From Mytilus edulis (taxonomy: Eukaryota): 64,000 nt of DNA. The stretch's first letter is position 1, and each line of letters opens with the position of its first letter. The DNA lies in contig NC_092344.1 of NCBI RefSeq assembly GCF_963676685.1, forward strand, positions 104,160,001-104,224,000. The letters run 5' to 3'. The notes below the pieces were generated by a model. That model was not told the DNA's origin, made no database searches, and was given only the letters and a program-made list of their open reading frames with translations. This document shows positions 34,660 through 48,500 of this stretch, in pieces. The position numbers were made by a program, and so were the translations under genes.

Positions 34660-35127
34660 TTTGTTTGGGTGTACGACGCTCAATTATATTTATCTTGTTA
34701 TTTTACCACATTTGGTATTTAAATGAATGAATGGTATTTGAGAATTTTCTATTATTGAAAACACGGCCTCTTAAATTAAATTACTTTGGAAAAGTCGGTA
34801 ATCGATGACATTCAATGTTTATTTCATGTCCAAATTTGATTTTTGTCCCCAATTTTTTTTTTAGTCAGAATGTCCATCTTTATATTTATTTTAGAATTTT
34901 GCTTTTCATTGCAATTTTATTTCTTATTTTTCTTTCGATTCGCTTTTTCTATCATAATTTTGCTTTAATCTAATGCTTTTCGTATTATATTTTGTTAAGA
35001 TATTTTCATATATGACCATTGTTTAATATTTTACTTAATTTTTGTCTCTCGTGGATAATTAATCGAAAATACGATTAACATTGAATGTTACAGAGTCCTT
35101 GCTTGGGTCGCTAGCTAATATGTCATC

Positions 35128-36249
35128 TTTGTCGAGCCTGCAACTTTTGTTGCAGAAAGCTCGACATAGGGATAGTGATCCAGAGGCGGCGGCGGCGTTG
35201 GCTCACTTCTTAAAAGCTTTATATTTTAGAAGGTGGAAGATGCTTCATACTTTGTATATAGATGCTTCATGTTACGAAGTTTCCGTTAGTCACATGTCCA
35301 ATGTCCTTGACCTCATATTCATGGTTCAGTGACCACTTGAAAAAAAGTTCAAATTTTTTGTAATGTTGAATTCTCTCTTATTATAAGCAAGGATTTGTAT
35401 AGTTAGATACAAATCCTTGTTATAAGTAATAAGATAACTATATTTGATATGTGCGTACCTTGCAAGGTCCACATGTCTGTCAGACAGTTTTCACTTGACC
35501 TCGACCTCATTTCATGGATCAATGAACAAGGTTAAGTTTTGGTGGTCAAGTCCATATCTCAGATACTATAAGCTATAGGGCTAGTATATTCGGTGTATGG
35601 AAGGACTGTAAGGTGTACATGTCCAACTGGCAGGTGTCATCTGACCTTGACCTCATTTTCATGGTTCAGTGGTTATAGTTAAATTTTTGTGTTTTTGGTC
35701 TGTTTTTCTCATACTATATGCAATAGGTCTACTATATTTGTTGTATGGAATGATTGTAAGATGTACATGTCTAGCGGACAGATGTCATGTGACCTTGACC
35801 TCATTTTTATGGTTCAGTGGTCAAAGTTAAGTTTTTGAGATTTGGTCTTTTAATCTAATACTATATGCCATAGGTCAACTATATTTGGTGTATTGAAATA
35901 TTTTATGATCTTTATGTCAGTCGCGCAGGTTTTATTTGACCGTGACCTCATTTTCACGGTTCATAGCACAGTGTTAAGTTTTTGTGTTTTGGTCTATTTT
36001 TCTTAAACTATAAGTAATGGGTCAACTATATATGTTGTATAGAAGCATTGTTAGCTGTACATGTCTGCCTGGCATGGTTCTCTGACCTTGACCTCATTTT
36101 CAAGGTTCATTGGTCTTTGTTTAGTTATCTTGGTTAATGTTAAGTTTATGTGACAGTTGTAATAAAGCTTAGCTTTATACTTAGGACTATCAACATAATA
36201 TCAATGATTAGTATAGAAGGCGAGACATTTCAGCGTGTGCACTCTTGTT
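35128..36249 (+). mobile_element. HINE-like element family D with TGACCTTGACCTCATTTT tandem units
   Basis: 5' hairpin GTCGAGC...GCTCGAC, (GGC)n, ~150-bp repeats, end GGCGAGACATTTCAGCGTGTGCACTCTTGTT; the same end appears inverted at 63049-63078. Confidence 0.72.
35388..35419. mobile_element. 32-bp palindromic micro-MITE with 7-bp TSD TTATAAG, same family as 1759-1799
   Basis: CAAGGATTTGTAT-agttag-ATACAAATCCTTG. Confidence 0.75.
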
Positions 36250-36969
36250 ATATTTCTTTATTAAAGTTTTGTGCGAAAATTTAGTTGCTCCTGCCAGTGA
36301 ATTTTGTGTTGGCATTATTGAAATTTGAACTGTATCAGAACCGTTGAATGAGCGAAATAAGTTTAAGCTAGCAATCTTCAAAGTATGTGTCCAACGACGA
36401 GTAAAGACGCAATGAATGGATTTGTTACACAAGAGACAACGTGAGTTTTAAAAAAAAAATCAAATTTCTTTTTTTCAATTAGAGATTTTGTTTGACTTGA
36501 ACTTGAACATCAAACTAATAATCTAGGTCGAATTTCAAACGATCAGAAAAGCTCAATAGCTGATAATTTGTCGTACATATGTTGATTTCAAATATAAAAT
36601 AAGATATTGGATAGTATTATAACGACTTAAGACTAAGTTAGATTTAAATAAATCTTGAATTTCACCATATAAGTGCTTGGGTGCAGCGAATAATGTCATC
36701 TATAATTAGTAATTATTTACTTGTTTTTTCTTGTAATAAATAATGAAAACAACTAATACCTATCTTGTTTGATCAACGCCAGATATTGACTAACAAATTC
36801 AGAAAGAGGTAAGTAAATCACTAGGAGCAGATTTATATGTCTCGACTGTAAAAGACAAAGGCGAATAACGAGAGACCAAACAATAGAACACAAACGGTCG
36901 ACAGAATACTAATGTTATTAACGTTTTTAACGTTAACATCAACATTTCTTTGTTGCAGTTTAATATATT

Positions 36970-37272
36970 TAAGGAATGACTGTAATATTTTTTCTGTCTA
37001 TGAAGAAATAACATAAAACATTTGGTGCACACTGAATAACGCGCGTAGCGGGTTATTTAACAGTGTGCACCACATTTTTTATGTTATTTCGAATAGACAG
37101 AAAAAATATTACAGTCATTTTTTATGATTTAATTCTAAATTCCATTTTAAAACGTAGAAAACCATGAAAAAACGTTGATTACGTCACGGTCACATGACTA
37201 AATTATGTCTATGGGCTCATAACAAAATAACGTCAGCCAATCAGAAGACGCGTTACATCCAAAATTAAATTA
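36970..37272. mobile_element. Hairpin-containing insertion within a ~170-bp local tandem duplication
   Basis: Inverted repeat ATGACTGTAATATTTTTTCTGTCTAT...GGTGCACACTG mirrored to 37118; flanking unit repeated at 36895-36968 / 37376-37440 and 37273-37375 / 37437-37535. Confidence 0.6.
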
Positions 37273-37717
37273 TATATCCGTATACTGAAAAATCGGTCGT
37301 TATAAGTAACGTGAATGTCCTTGACCCACAGGCACTTGTCTCGGAATTTTATAGGAACAAAAACTGAGACGAGTATCGACAGAATACTAATGTTATTAAC
37401 GTTAACATCATCATTTCTTTGTTGCAGTTTAATATATATATCCGTATACTGAAAAATCCGTCGTTATAAGTACAATGTCCATGACCCACATGCACTTATC
37501 TCAGAATTATATAGGAACAAAAACTGAGACAAGTGGCTGTGCCTTGACCTCATTTTTTTTTATGGTTCAACGATTGCTTGAAAAAAAGAGTTCTTTAGTC
37601 TTACGAATTTCTCGCTTATTGTGGGTAATATGAAAGCCATATTTAGTGTATGGGTTCCTTGAAACGTCTACTTACTTACTTATAGTTACTTATAGTTGAT
37701 TTCCAGTACAGGATCCA

Positions 37718-40700
37718 TCAAGGTTCCTCTTCACCAGACTCGTAGTTTAATGTGTTTCTTATACTATTTTGACCGTGACTTCCGGATATTTCTGCTCTAT
37801 AGTCATTATAGTATAATTCTTCGTCTGACCAATATTTGTCTAGTCGATTTTTGAATGAATTTATCGATGGTGACTTTGTTATTTTATCTGGTAGTTTGTT
37901 CCAGGTTTTAGCAATTCTAACAGAGAAAGAGTGTTTACGGATATTAGATTGGAATCTTTGATGAACTACTTTATTACTGTTGGTCCTACTACTACATCTT
38001 TGTTGAGAATCGTCTGCCTTTCTTAAAAATGAGCTAACTTCTTTGTCGTAGTGTCCGTTCATTGTTTTGAAGGTTTCGATCATGTCTCCTCTTATTCTCC
38101 TATAGGATAATGTTGGTAAGCCTAGTTTTTTTAGTCTCTCTGGGTAGCTCATGTCTTTTAGCCCTGGTAGTTGTTTTGTTACCCTTCTTTGTACACCTTC
38201 TATTTTGTCTATATCTTTCTTTTTGTATGGGGACCAGACTGAGCTGGCATAGTCTAGGTGAGTTCTAACCATGGTTTTGTATAGTGGCATGAATGTCTCT
38301 ATTCCCAGGTATTTAAATGTTCTTCTAAGAACTGCGAATATGGAGTTTGCTTTGTTCACTTTTTCACTAATGTGGTTTTCGAATGTGAGTTCTGCATCAA
38401 TGAGGACTCCAATATCTTTTTCCTCTTTAACTTGTGCTATAGGATGATTTAGTAGGTTATAGATTGGTGGATGGTCAGTGCTATTAGATTTCTTACTTAT
38501 TTTCATATATTTACATTTTTCTGGGTGAAATTTTAGTAGCCATTTGTCACTCCAGGATTCCATCTTATTAAGATCTTCTTGTAAAATTTGTCTGTCATTT
38601 TGTGTTTTAATTATTCTGAAGATCTTAGTGTCATCTGCAAATAGGTATGCATCAGAATCTACTTGGTCTGGGAGATCATTTATATATAAAACAAATAGTA
38701 GTGGTCCTAATACTGATCCTTGGGGTATCCCAGATGTACCGTTAGCCCAGTCTGACTCTTCACCATTCACTACGACCTTTTGTTTCCTATCTTCTAAAAA
38801 GCTCGTTATCCACCCTACTATATCTTCATGGACACCTAGATTTTTGATTTTGGCTATTAATCTTTTATGTGGTACCTTATCAAAGGCCTTCATAAAGTCT
38901 GTATAAATGCAGTCTATGTCTAATCCTTGATCTAGTGCCTCTGTCCATTTATCAATCACTTCTAATAATTGGAGACCAGTTGACCTTCCTGCAATAAATC
39001 CATATTGCTTTTTAGAGAATAGGTTGTTCTTTTTCATATGCTCTATTATAAATTCACGTAATATTTTCTCCATTATTTTACATACTACTGATGTCAAACT
39101 GACTGGTCTATAGTTTTTGGCTAGTGACTTATTACCCTTTTTAAATATTGCACTTATCATAGCATTCTTCCAATCGTTAGGTACGGTCTTACTTTCAAGT
39201 GATTGATTATAAATGATACATAAAGGTTTTTGCCAATGATTCAGCGATCTCTTTTAACAGTCTGGGGTGTAGTTTATCCATCCCTGGAGATTTGTCTATT
39301 TTTAATGCATTTAAATGTCTCAGCACTACTTCTTCCTTAATTTTTTGATATGGCATATCATTAGTTACTAATACAGGCGTTGGTGATGGTACCTTGCCAT
39401 CAGGTTCCTTTGTGAAGACACTGGAAAAGTATTCTACTAGTAATTTAGCCTGTTTGCTGTTATCTTCCGTTTTATCTGATTTTGTGTCTTCTGGATCCAA
39501 ATGTAAGTCCCCAATTCCTTCTTTGGTTTTTGTTTTTGACTTGATATAGCTCCAGATAGCTTTAGGGTTTTCTTTAGCTTTTTCTGATAGATTTTTCTCA
39601 TATTCCCTCTTCAACTTATTTACCCTACTTTTTACTTGATTCCTTATCTTATTGTATTCCTTCCTCACTTCTGGGTCGTTATTATGGGTAATCTTTTTTG
39701 ACAGGATGTTTTTCCTTTTAATTTTATCTATGGTGTTTTTGTCCATTGGGAAATTATTTTTCACTCTACCGATTTGTTTCCTTTCTTTTGTTGGTATATA
39801 CTTTTTGTCCATATCTTGAATAATACTTAAAACTGATTTCCAGTTTTCATTTATATCATTTTCTTTCTGTAGTAATTCTGGCCATTTAATTTTATTTAAT
39901 TCTTCTTTTATTTTTATGTAGTTTCCTTAACTGAATAATTTAATTAATTTAGGTTTGCTTTTAATATTTGTGTAGCAATTGAAGTCAAATTTCATGGTAC
40001 AGTGATCACTTTTTCCTAGTGGACTTTGGTATTCTAAATTTGAGACCATATTCTCCTCATTGGTTAAAATCAGGTCCAGGGTATGTGGTGTATTGGTGCC
40101 TCTCCATCTTGTTGGTCTTGTAACATGTTGAAATAAGAAATTTTCTTGTAGATTTTCTAAAAATCTGTATTCATTACTTTCTGTACTATCACCTGGTGAA
40201 TTCCAGCTATCCCAGTTTATTTCTGGATAATTATAATCTCCCATTATTAAGCTATGTGAGTAGCCTTTATTACACGCTTCAGTAGTAAGTAAATTTAATT
40301 GTTTAGTGTACTCTTGTGATCTATTTGATGGTGACCTGTATATCAAGCCTAATAATAGCTGGTCTGGCTGATTTAAATTAATCTTAATAAATAAGTTTTC
40401 TTGGAATTCTGTATTCATATGGACCTGTGATGCGTCCAGTTGTTTATCTATGTACAATAAAAGACCTCTGCCTGTGTCGACGTCTAGGTTTTTACCAAAC
40501 ATGTTGTAGTCAGATACCTCGGCTAAAGAATATTCTGAGATTCCTGGTTTATAACGATTATTTTTTGGTTTAACCTCTGTGATACCAATTATTTTTGGTT
40601 TGTCGTCTCGTGTTCGTACTATTAGTTCAGGCAGCTTGTTAAATAACTGATCTGCATTTGTGTATATACAGCTCAATTTGGGTAAAACTGTAAAATTATC

Positions 40701-40760
40701 TGTTTTTACATTTTTAAAAACCTTTTTACCATTAAAATTATTTACATCCTCTTTTTCCTT
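37718..40760 (-). pseudogene. CR1 ORF2 (APE endonuclease + RT) with one nonsense codon and one frameshift
   Basis: LFS*GNY stop at 39927-39929; +1 slip in the A-run near 39227-39232 (expected LAKPLCIIYNQSL...DWKNAMISAIFKKG). Confidence 0.88.
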
Positions 40761-41849
40761 TTAGGAGTCTAGCTTCTTTAGTCTGACAACCTTCCTTGCC
40801 CAAGGTGGGCCCCTTACTATGAAGTGGTAGTCCCCCGAAATCTCTTCCTTAGTTTGTTTTTTTGCTTGGTCCCATAATCTTTTCTCTTGCTCTCTTTCTG
40901 CTTGGGTTAGGTCGTTACTAACTCCCACTTTTGCATATTTGGGATTTGTTTTTATGTAGTGTATATTTCTGAATAAGGTGATCTTAGGCTCTGCACTTGG
41001 TAATTTTACTAGGATTGGTCTATTTAGTTTTTCTTTGTTAAATTTCCCAAGTCTTTTAATTGTCTTCAAGTTTTCCTTATCCAATTGTATTTTGCAATCT
41101 TTAAATAGCTCATTTAGTCTTTCTTTGTCAGTATTTTCTCTTACTTCTTTGCTCTCTTCGTCTATTTCCGGAATCCCAAAGATGATCAAGTTATTTTCTC
41201 TGGACTTTCTCTCATTAATTTCTTCGAGGACATTTGTAACAGTCTCCTTCCTTGTTATATTTTTCGCTGCTTTATCTATCTCGTTGTTAGTGGAGTCACT
41301 ATCTCCTTTATTATCTGGCTTTTGTATCTTGCTTATTTCTTCTGTTATTATGGCTTTTACTTTATCCTCGTCACAACCTTCTTCTGTGATTGGTGCCTCT
41401 ATTTTGCTCACTTCCTCTTTTACCATCATTTTTACCATCTCTTCATTGCAGCTCTTAATTTCCTCACAAACAATCTGCTTGACTTTGTCCTCGTCACATT
41501 TATTTTCAACTGTTTTTTCGATTGATGTAATTCTTTCCTCATAACTCTCCATTATCTGTTTGCACCTTTTTTCTATCTCAATATCGGTAACTGCGTGTTG
41601 TTCCATGACTATCCTGCATTTTCAACAAAACCACATTGCATCTGTTTTACTTAACATGCTGTATTCCGCTTTTGTTTTCTTTAGGCAGGATATGCAAAAA
41701 TGTTCCTTGCACCTTTGGCATTCCATAAGTTGAGCCTCTGGCTCTTTGAAGATTTTGGTACATTTAGCGCATGTCCATGCTTCCTCCTCGTCTTGATTTA
41801 ATTTTTGTGACGATTTGGAACCTGTTGTACTACCTTTTCTAGTTCCCAT
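40761..41849 (-). pseudogene. CR1 ORF1 (PHD finger + RRM-like) with one premature stop
   Basis: WFC*KCR: an in-frame TGA at 41622-41624 interrupts the last PHD CxxC; the two ORF-track pieces are in frame. Confidence 0.85.
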
Positions 41850-41918
41850 ACTTTTAATTAAATAAAATAGGGCTTCCCTATTATTTATTTTTTATCTGTC
41901 TGAGAGATTGTATAAGGC

Positions 41919-42051
41919 TAGTCCAAATAATTATGACGTCTGGCAAGGCTATTTTAATTTTTTTCTGGGACGCCTTCCTACGACGTTGTAGGAAGGCGTC
42001 CCAGAAAAAAATTAAAAATAGCCTTGCCAGACGTCATAATTATTTGGACTA
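41919..42051. mobile_element. 133-bp pure-palindrome element, TAGTCC..GGACTA, 9-bp TSD GTATAAGGC, in the LINE 5' UTR (AcademH-like)
   Basis: Near-perfect arms; TSD at 41910-41918 and 42052-42060. Confidence 0.85.
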
Positions 42052-43679
42052 GTATAAGGCTTCCTTACACCAATGTCTTATGAAGTATTTTATTTTGTAC
42101 TGTTTTTATTTAAAGAACAGGGGTTCCCTATCCTTGATTGTTGTACTTCAGCCGAGGTTAGACTATATTTGATTGTCGAATGAAGCTAGACTATCCTAAT
42201 TTTGACAGGGTCACCTGACCCGGCTCGACTTCATTTATTGGATCAGTGATCAAGGTTAAAGTACGTGATTATAAGTCCGTTTTTCAGATTAACAATATAT
42301 GCGGTGTATAAATGTAATAAGTATATGTCCGTCTGGCAGGTTTATGAAAAGAACGCAAAATCTGGAAGGAGCAACACTTTATATTTTGATGAATAACAGT
42401 TTTAAAACCAATTAATTTTAACTAAGAAACTGGTATTTGGTATAAGTCAATGAGAGGAATACAATTCTATATAAATGATACGGAGGGTAGCTGTGTAAAG
42501 TAGTTTTTATACCGAAATTTGCATATAAAGCCTCAAAATCTGCAACACGGAAAACTAGGGCGAGGTGTTTGAGAAAACTAAGCACTGAAAACGACTGCTT
42601 CTGCTTTCAGGAAATAGATTATATTGCGGTTCCTTCCGTGCAATACATTATATGGTACTGAGAGTTCTACAAATAAGAAATTTTGATGCTTCAACTTACC
42701 TGGTTACTTTTTCGTCGCTTCAAAATTGCCACCCCATGCATGTCAAACATAGCCGACACCCCGCATGTGGCGTTCTACACGGTGAATTTCCACAAACTTA
42801 AACCTTTGGTCCTTTTGGATGATCATTTCACTATGATTCCTTTGTGAACAGTTATACACTATTTTATATGGCAAAACTTTGAATTGAATTGAATTGAACT
42901 AAAAAAAAATCTGATGTTGGGATAAATTTTTGAAATAATAACCTGTTACATTTTTGTCACCATTCAACAGACAAGACTGACGTCCACAGTGACTTTTACT
43001 GCAGTTTCTGTCATTTAAAGAACGTGATGGGCTGTATATTACAAACTTACTTTTCGGTGTTGGTGTTGATTGATTGTCAGAAGGAAGGAAATCGAAAGTA
43101 GGCTTGTACATGTATCGAACTTATATAAATAATACAGGAAATCTTATTGATCATTTGATGTGGTAAACAAAAAGAAGTACACATCCTTATGTTTGTCTAG
43201 GATATTTAAAAAGTGATTTTCTTCATGCTTGTTACATAACACACAACAACTTACTAACAAATAAATTAGAAAAAAGAAGGCGTAAAACGTAGAAGACTAA
43301 TAGTAAATAAATGTAAGTGTGCAGGTTATTTTCTCTATTAATAAATGGATAACATTTTATTTTGTTTACCACAGGCAGTTGTATCAGTAAATAAGTTAAC
43401 CTATTTACATATACTTAGCTACTGAGACCAGATTATAAATAAACATGATGAAGCACAGGCACTGCCACTTGTTTCTATCTACATGCATGACATGTATGAT
43501 CATCTATAGGAAGGAAGGTCGACTATCCATATTTATATAGATAGTCGACCATCCTATGGACAGAAACATGTGCCTGTGTGATTAAGGCACTGAAAAGAAC
43601 AGATCATACTCATTGTTGAAGGCCTCACAGTGACATATATAGTTGTTAATTTCTGTGTCATTGCGTCTAGCTTGTGAAG

Positions 43680-44323
43680 GGGTGCATGGTCTTTACACCG
43701 CCGCACACCAATGAACACCGTCGAACACCGTCGAACACCGTCGAACACCCCAAAACCACCAACCACTAAGAAAAACTTTGATATTATACAATAAAACGAT
43801 AAAATAAATTAAATTTCATATAATTTAATCAATTTTTAGATTTTTATGGGCATCTTTTTTATGTTAAAATCAATAATCAATATAAGGGAAAAAGTCTCCG
43901 GATTCATCAGTTTCCGGATTACACTGTGTGTGTTATAAAATTCAAATTATATATTCATAATTAGCATGATTAGTAATCAGTTCAAGTATCCTCAATCTCT
44001 GTTCATTGGTTAGATTTTGATATTTTTTTCTTTTATTATTTTGGTAATGGTACAACTATTTTATAGAAGAGTTAGAAGAAGAAAAAATGGAAAAAGTATA
44101 TTTGAGGTGTCTATGAGGGTCAGCAGAGTTCAAAAAGTGGGGTGTTAAAGACTCTTCCTTTCTGTTTTCTGTAGATAATTGGACTTTTAATCTTCTGATT
44201 TATTGAATTAATAACTTGAATATATTATATTTAATTCACATTGAAAACGATAAGAGACAAAATAATAAACTTTTGGGGTGTTCGGTGGTGTACGGTGGTG
44301 TTCGGTGGTGAAAAGACCTACCG
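43680..44323. mobile_element. MITE with 9-10-bp TSD (Mutator-like) nested in an abundant interspersed repeat
   Basis: (G)CTTGTGAAG on both sides; GAACACCG / CGGTGTTC subterminal repeats. Confidence 0.65.
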
Positions 44324-44584
44324 CTTGTGAAGAGTTGTCTCATTAGCAATCATACAACATCTTTATAATTATCAAGAGTTCAAGATAATATATCATTAAC
44401 ATTAGCACAAACACATGTGTCTAAAAAAATATACAATGAATATTATCCCTGTTATCTATTGCTTTGCATAGAAAAAAAATATATAATTTGTGTACTGATA
44501 AGATGTAAGTTCAATGAATAAGCATGGTATATACATGTATTTGCAATTTTTCATTTTATATATATATATTACCCATATAAAAAT

Positions 44585-45245
44585 AAGAAGATGTGGTATG
44601 ATTGCCATAATAATTTCAGACAACTCTCCACAAGAGACCAAACAACACAGTAATTAACAACAGTTACTATGGGTTACATTACAGTCTCCAACAATGAGCA
44701 AAACTCATACTGCAAAGTTAGGTCTTTAAAAGGCTTCAAAATGACAAATGTAAAACTATATTCAAACAAAATTTTAACAGCCTACTTCATGTACAAAATA
44801 ATGAACAAAAAACAAACATGTATTAATGTACGTTTTTGATTGAGTTAAGCCTGCCAATTGATATTTTACCGTGTGCTTTTCTATGTTGTGATGTTACAAA
44901 TGTATGCTATTGTTTCAGAAAAACATTTACCGGTAATCCCACTGCAAATGTTTGCACCTGTCCTAAGTCAGGAATCTGATGTACAGTAGTTGTCGTTTGT
45001 TTATGTAATTTATACGTGGTTCTCGTTTCTCGTTTTTTATTTTATATAGATTAGACTTGGTTTTCCCATTTGAATGGTTTTACACTAGTAATTTTGGGCC
45101 CTTTATAACTTGTTGTTCGGTGTGAGCCAAGGCTCTGTGTTGAAGGCTGTACATTGACCTATAATGGTTTACTTTTTTTAAATTGTTATTTGGATGGAGA
45201 GTTGTCTCATTGGCACTCACACCCCATCTTCCTATATCTATGTTA
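44585..45245. repeat. Copies of an abundant interspersed repeat (AAGATGTGGTATGATTGCCAATGAGACAACTCTCCA) in both orientations
   Basis: Motif recurs at ~1690, 44335, 44590, 45200, 51172 and 62855. Confidence 0.6.
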
Positions 45246-45567
45246 CACAGCAACAAAAGACAACCACAGGCCCATGACTTGGAAAAGGTACATACAGAAT
45301 GTGGTAGGTTAACCTATTTTATAAACAGCACCTGAACATGCATGAAATATTTGCCACTAGACATAAAAAACAGACAATCAATAATTTTCTGTATGAGAAG
45401 TCATCACCAAAATAAATTCAAATGTTAATGCATCATTTAAGACCCCCTCCCCGTAAAAAAAGAAAGAAAGTCTTGGATTGAATGTAAATTTAAAAGTATT
45501 TTTAACTTACAAAGCATCTATTAAATATAACATATCTTGATCTTACTTTGCAGATGATTTGATTACA

Positions 45568-48500
45568 ATGTGGGGAAAATTACAAGGTGCTATTGACAGG
45601 TTTTCTAAGATAGCACAACCTGGTGAAGAACAAGAAGCAACAAACAGTAAACCAAGAAAATTCACTTATGGCCGTCCTGAATTCTTGCAACTGAACGATG
45701 ATGAAGTACAAGTTTGTCAAGATATCTATACACGACCTATTATTGTTCCTAGAGATGAAATGCTGTTACTTAGGACAGCTGGATATGCTGAGTAAGATTT
45801 TAATTATAGATATATTCTCATTTAATTTGTCAACTTAAAAAAGGATAGCATGTAATTGCATGCGCTGCATTCATTGCCATCTTAGCTATCTGTTCTTACC
45901 GATGTCAGATGTTAAAAAATATTGTGAGAATAAATCTGATTACAGATCAGTAATTTAAAAGTCGTTATCAACCCTAGTATTAAGTATAAACAGACTGAAA
46001 TTTTCATACTTTAACATGTTGAAGTTTACGAGCAAGTTCATATCTCTGGACTCCTGTATAGTAGCATGTCTGTAAGTCATTTAAACTAGCATGAAACACC
46101 CTTTGTCAATTATAAAGAATTTTCAATTTGTTCTGTTCTAAATTGTATATACCAATAGAATGGATCATAAAATCTTAAAATTGTTGAATTTCAGGTTTAA
46201 GGAGGCTTGTTGGTTCTAAAATTTTAGTGAAAAATTAAAATTTGTTTTTTCAATACAAATTTTATTTATTACACAATAAGTTATTACTTTATGATATGGT
46301 ACAAAAATCAACCTAAAAAATCAATTCGGTTTTGTCTCAAACGACTTTTACAATGTTTATATCATTGAAAAAGCTCCAAATAATCTCCCTTTGGTGCAAA
46401 AATGCCATTTTTTGGCATTAAAATTGAAATATCTTTTTTAACTCATCGGTGACCTATAATATTTTTTATTATTGTTTTCAAATAAGCTGTACATAAACTA
46501 AATAATTGTAAAATTTAAGCGATTTCTGTAATTTAGTTCTTTTTTTATTTCAACATTACCTCTATTTCTCCTATTTCTCCTATTAGTTCAACAGAAAAAA
46601 AGGACATTAACAAAAATGTATGCTTCAGTTCTTTTGGAGGCAGATTGTAAGCATTTTTTTCATTTCATTTTTCTATTAAGTATATGATAAAGTTCATTTG
46701 TAAAAAAATATAGCGAAATCCTATATTTAAAAAAAAAAAATTTATACCTGCGAGCCCATGTTAGTACATTTCTTACAAAACTGATGATTAAGTATCAGTG
46801 ATGTTTGACCAACTCTTTTTGATTAAATCATTTGGCAACTACATATATTAAAGATGTGTTTTATCATGAATTTACATGTAGGAGCAAATGGTAATTTTAG
46901 GTAAGGCATCTTTTTTCTAAAGGCACACCATTTAGTTTTGTTAAGAGAAGTTTAACAGTTAAAAATATTATTAACATTTGTGAATACCTTTGAGTGTTGA
47001 CAGTTTATAATCAAGATATATTCTTTTGTTCCAATTATAGGGTTATAAATGGTGGTAAAAGTAAATTAAATGAAGACCAATCCACATCCAAACAATTTTT
47101 TATCAAGAAGAAATCAGTAAGAAATGGTGCAGCATCCACAGAAATTCCACTGGAACCAATAACTGATGGGGGACCAGTAAGTTGTATCACATATCTAATA
47201 TCAGACATTTAGTTTTGATACTGTTGATATGAATAAAAAAAGATATGTGGGGTATATGACAAAAATGACTAAGAAAAGAAGCAATCACTGACAACATTTT
47301 GATTCAGAACAGGCAAATCAACATTTTGTGTGATTCAAGTTTCAACTAGTTTTTTTCCGACGTAGTCGGTATAGTTTCGGTTTGTGCCCTTTGAACTTAA
47401 GGACGCTTAACTATGGCAACAGAATACGCATGCTCGAAAATCCTTTCTGTGATTGGACAAAATGCTGTCATTGTGGGTGATTTGGTTGTGTTTGAAAAAA
47501 CGTCTTGTTAATTATATCATGATGGAAAGCAAGTGAAAAACTATATATATTTGAACTAGATCTTACAAAGATTTATATTTTTATTGAAATAATTGTTTCT
47601 CCAATAGCTCTTTCCATCCATGACAGCTGTTTATTCGGGACAATTATATAATTTTTAATGTTGACTTTGTTGTACGAACGTACATGACTTTTAGAACGCA
47701 CCTACGCATGTGAGATTTCCGCGGGGTTTTGGTGATTGTAAACAAAAAGATACGAGGACCGATAATACTGAACAAAAACAGAGAACACGTTATTTAAATG
47801 GTAAACCACTTATTAGATATAATCGGAATATTCACAAAACAATTTGTAACGTTCTTTTATTGGTAATTCATTGATTTTTAGACAGTTAGTCAATAGAGCA
47901 TTGTTGTTCACAAGATGAAGGTAGTGAACAGGCGTTGCCACCAAAGGACAAATTGTGTCAAACTCTGCAGGTTTTCAGTGCACTGCAATCGCCTTCTTGT
48001 AGTTACATTCAGATGGAGATTTAATTAAAGAGGTCCTGCATCATTAATTCATTGTGCTTCTGAAGGTTATCGAAATGAATAGTTTTAAACATATACTCCA
48101 ATTTAAATATCTTTTTTAAAGATAGTTCTTGTTATTACTACATTCTACTCATCTTTATGACAGTCAGTGTTATAACAATATGTACACAAATGAAGGCAAT
48201 CAATTCAGGAAAAGCATTAAATATACCTCATTTGATATGATAAATGGAAACTGCATTATATGACTTTTACACATCAATAAAAATACAAATGTACCCCCTA
48301 AAAATTGTCAGTTCACAATTAGTCTGATTTGGTTCAGATCACAAAAATAATGATGATTCAAGTTTTGGATCGATAGTAAAGCTTGACTAATAAAATGACC
48401 TTTTGATGTAAGCCTTGACAAGAGTTTAATCTTAGAAACAAAGTAATGAGTATTAATTGTCCTTTCAGATGAATGAGATTCCAGTGACCTACTTTGCCAT

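Larger units (their letters stand above)
37669..42200 (-). mobile_element. Near-full-length CR1-clade LINE, inactivated
   Basis: ORF1 with PHD finger, coiled coil and NNLIIFGIPE; ORF2 with APE endonuclease (GITE, MGDYN, SDH) and RT (GIPQGSVLGP, FADD, RRIRGDMIETFK); (TAAG)n-type 3' tail; 5' end approximate. Confidence 0.9.

Noticed and set aside
42700-42750. Possible first exon of a divergent - strand gene (ATG...AACCAG|GTAAGT)
   Set aside because: Good donor, but no recognisable protein similarity or downstream exons found.
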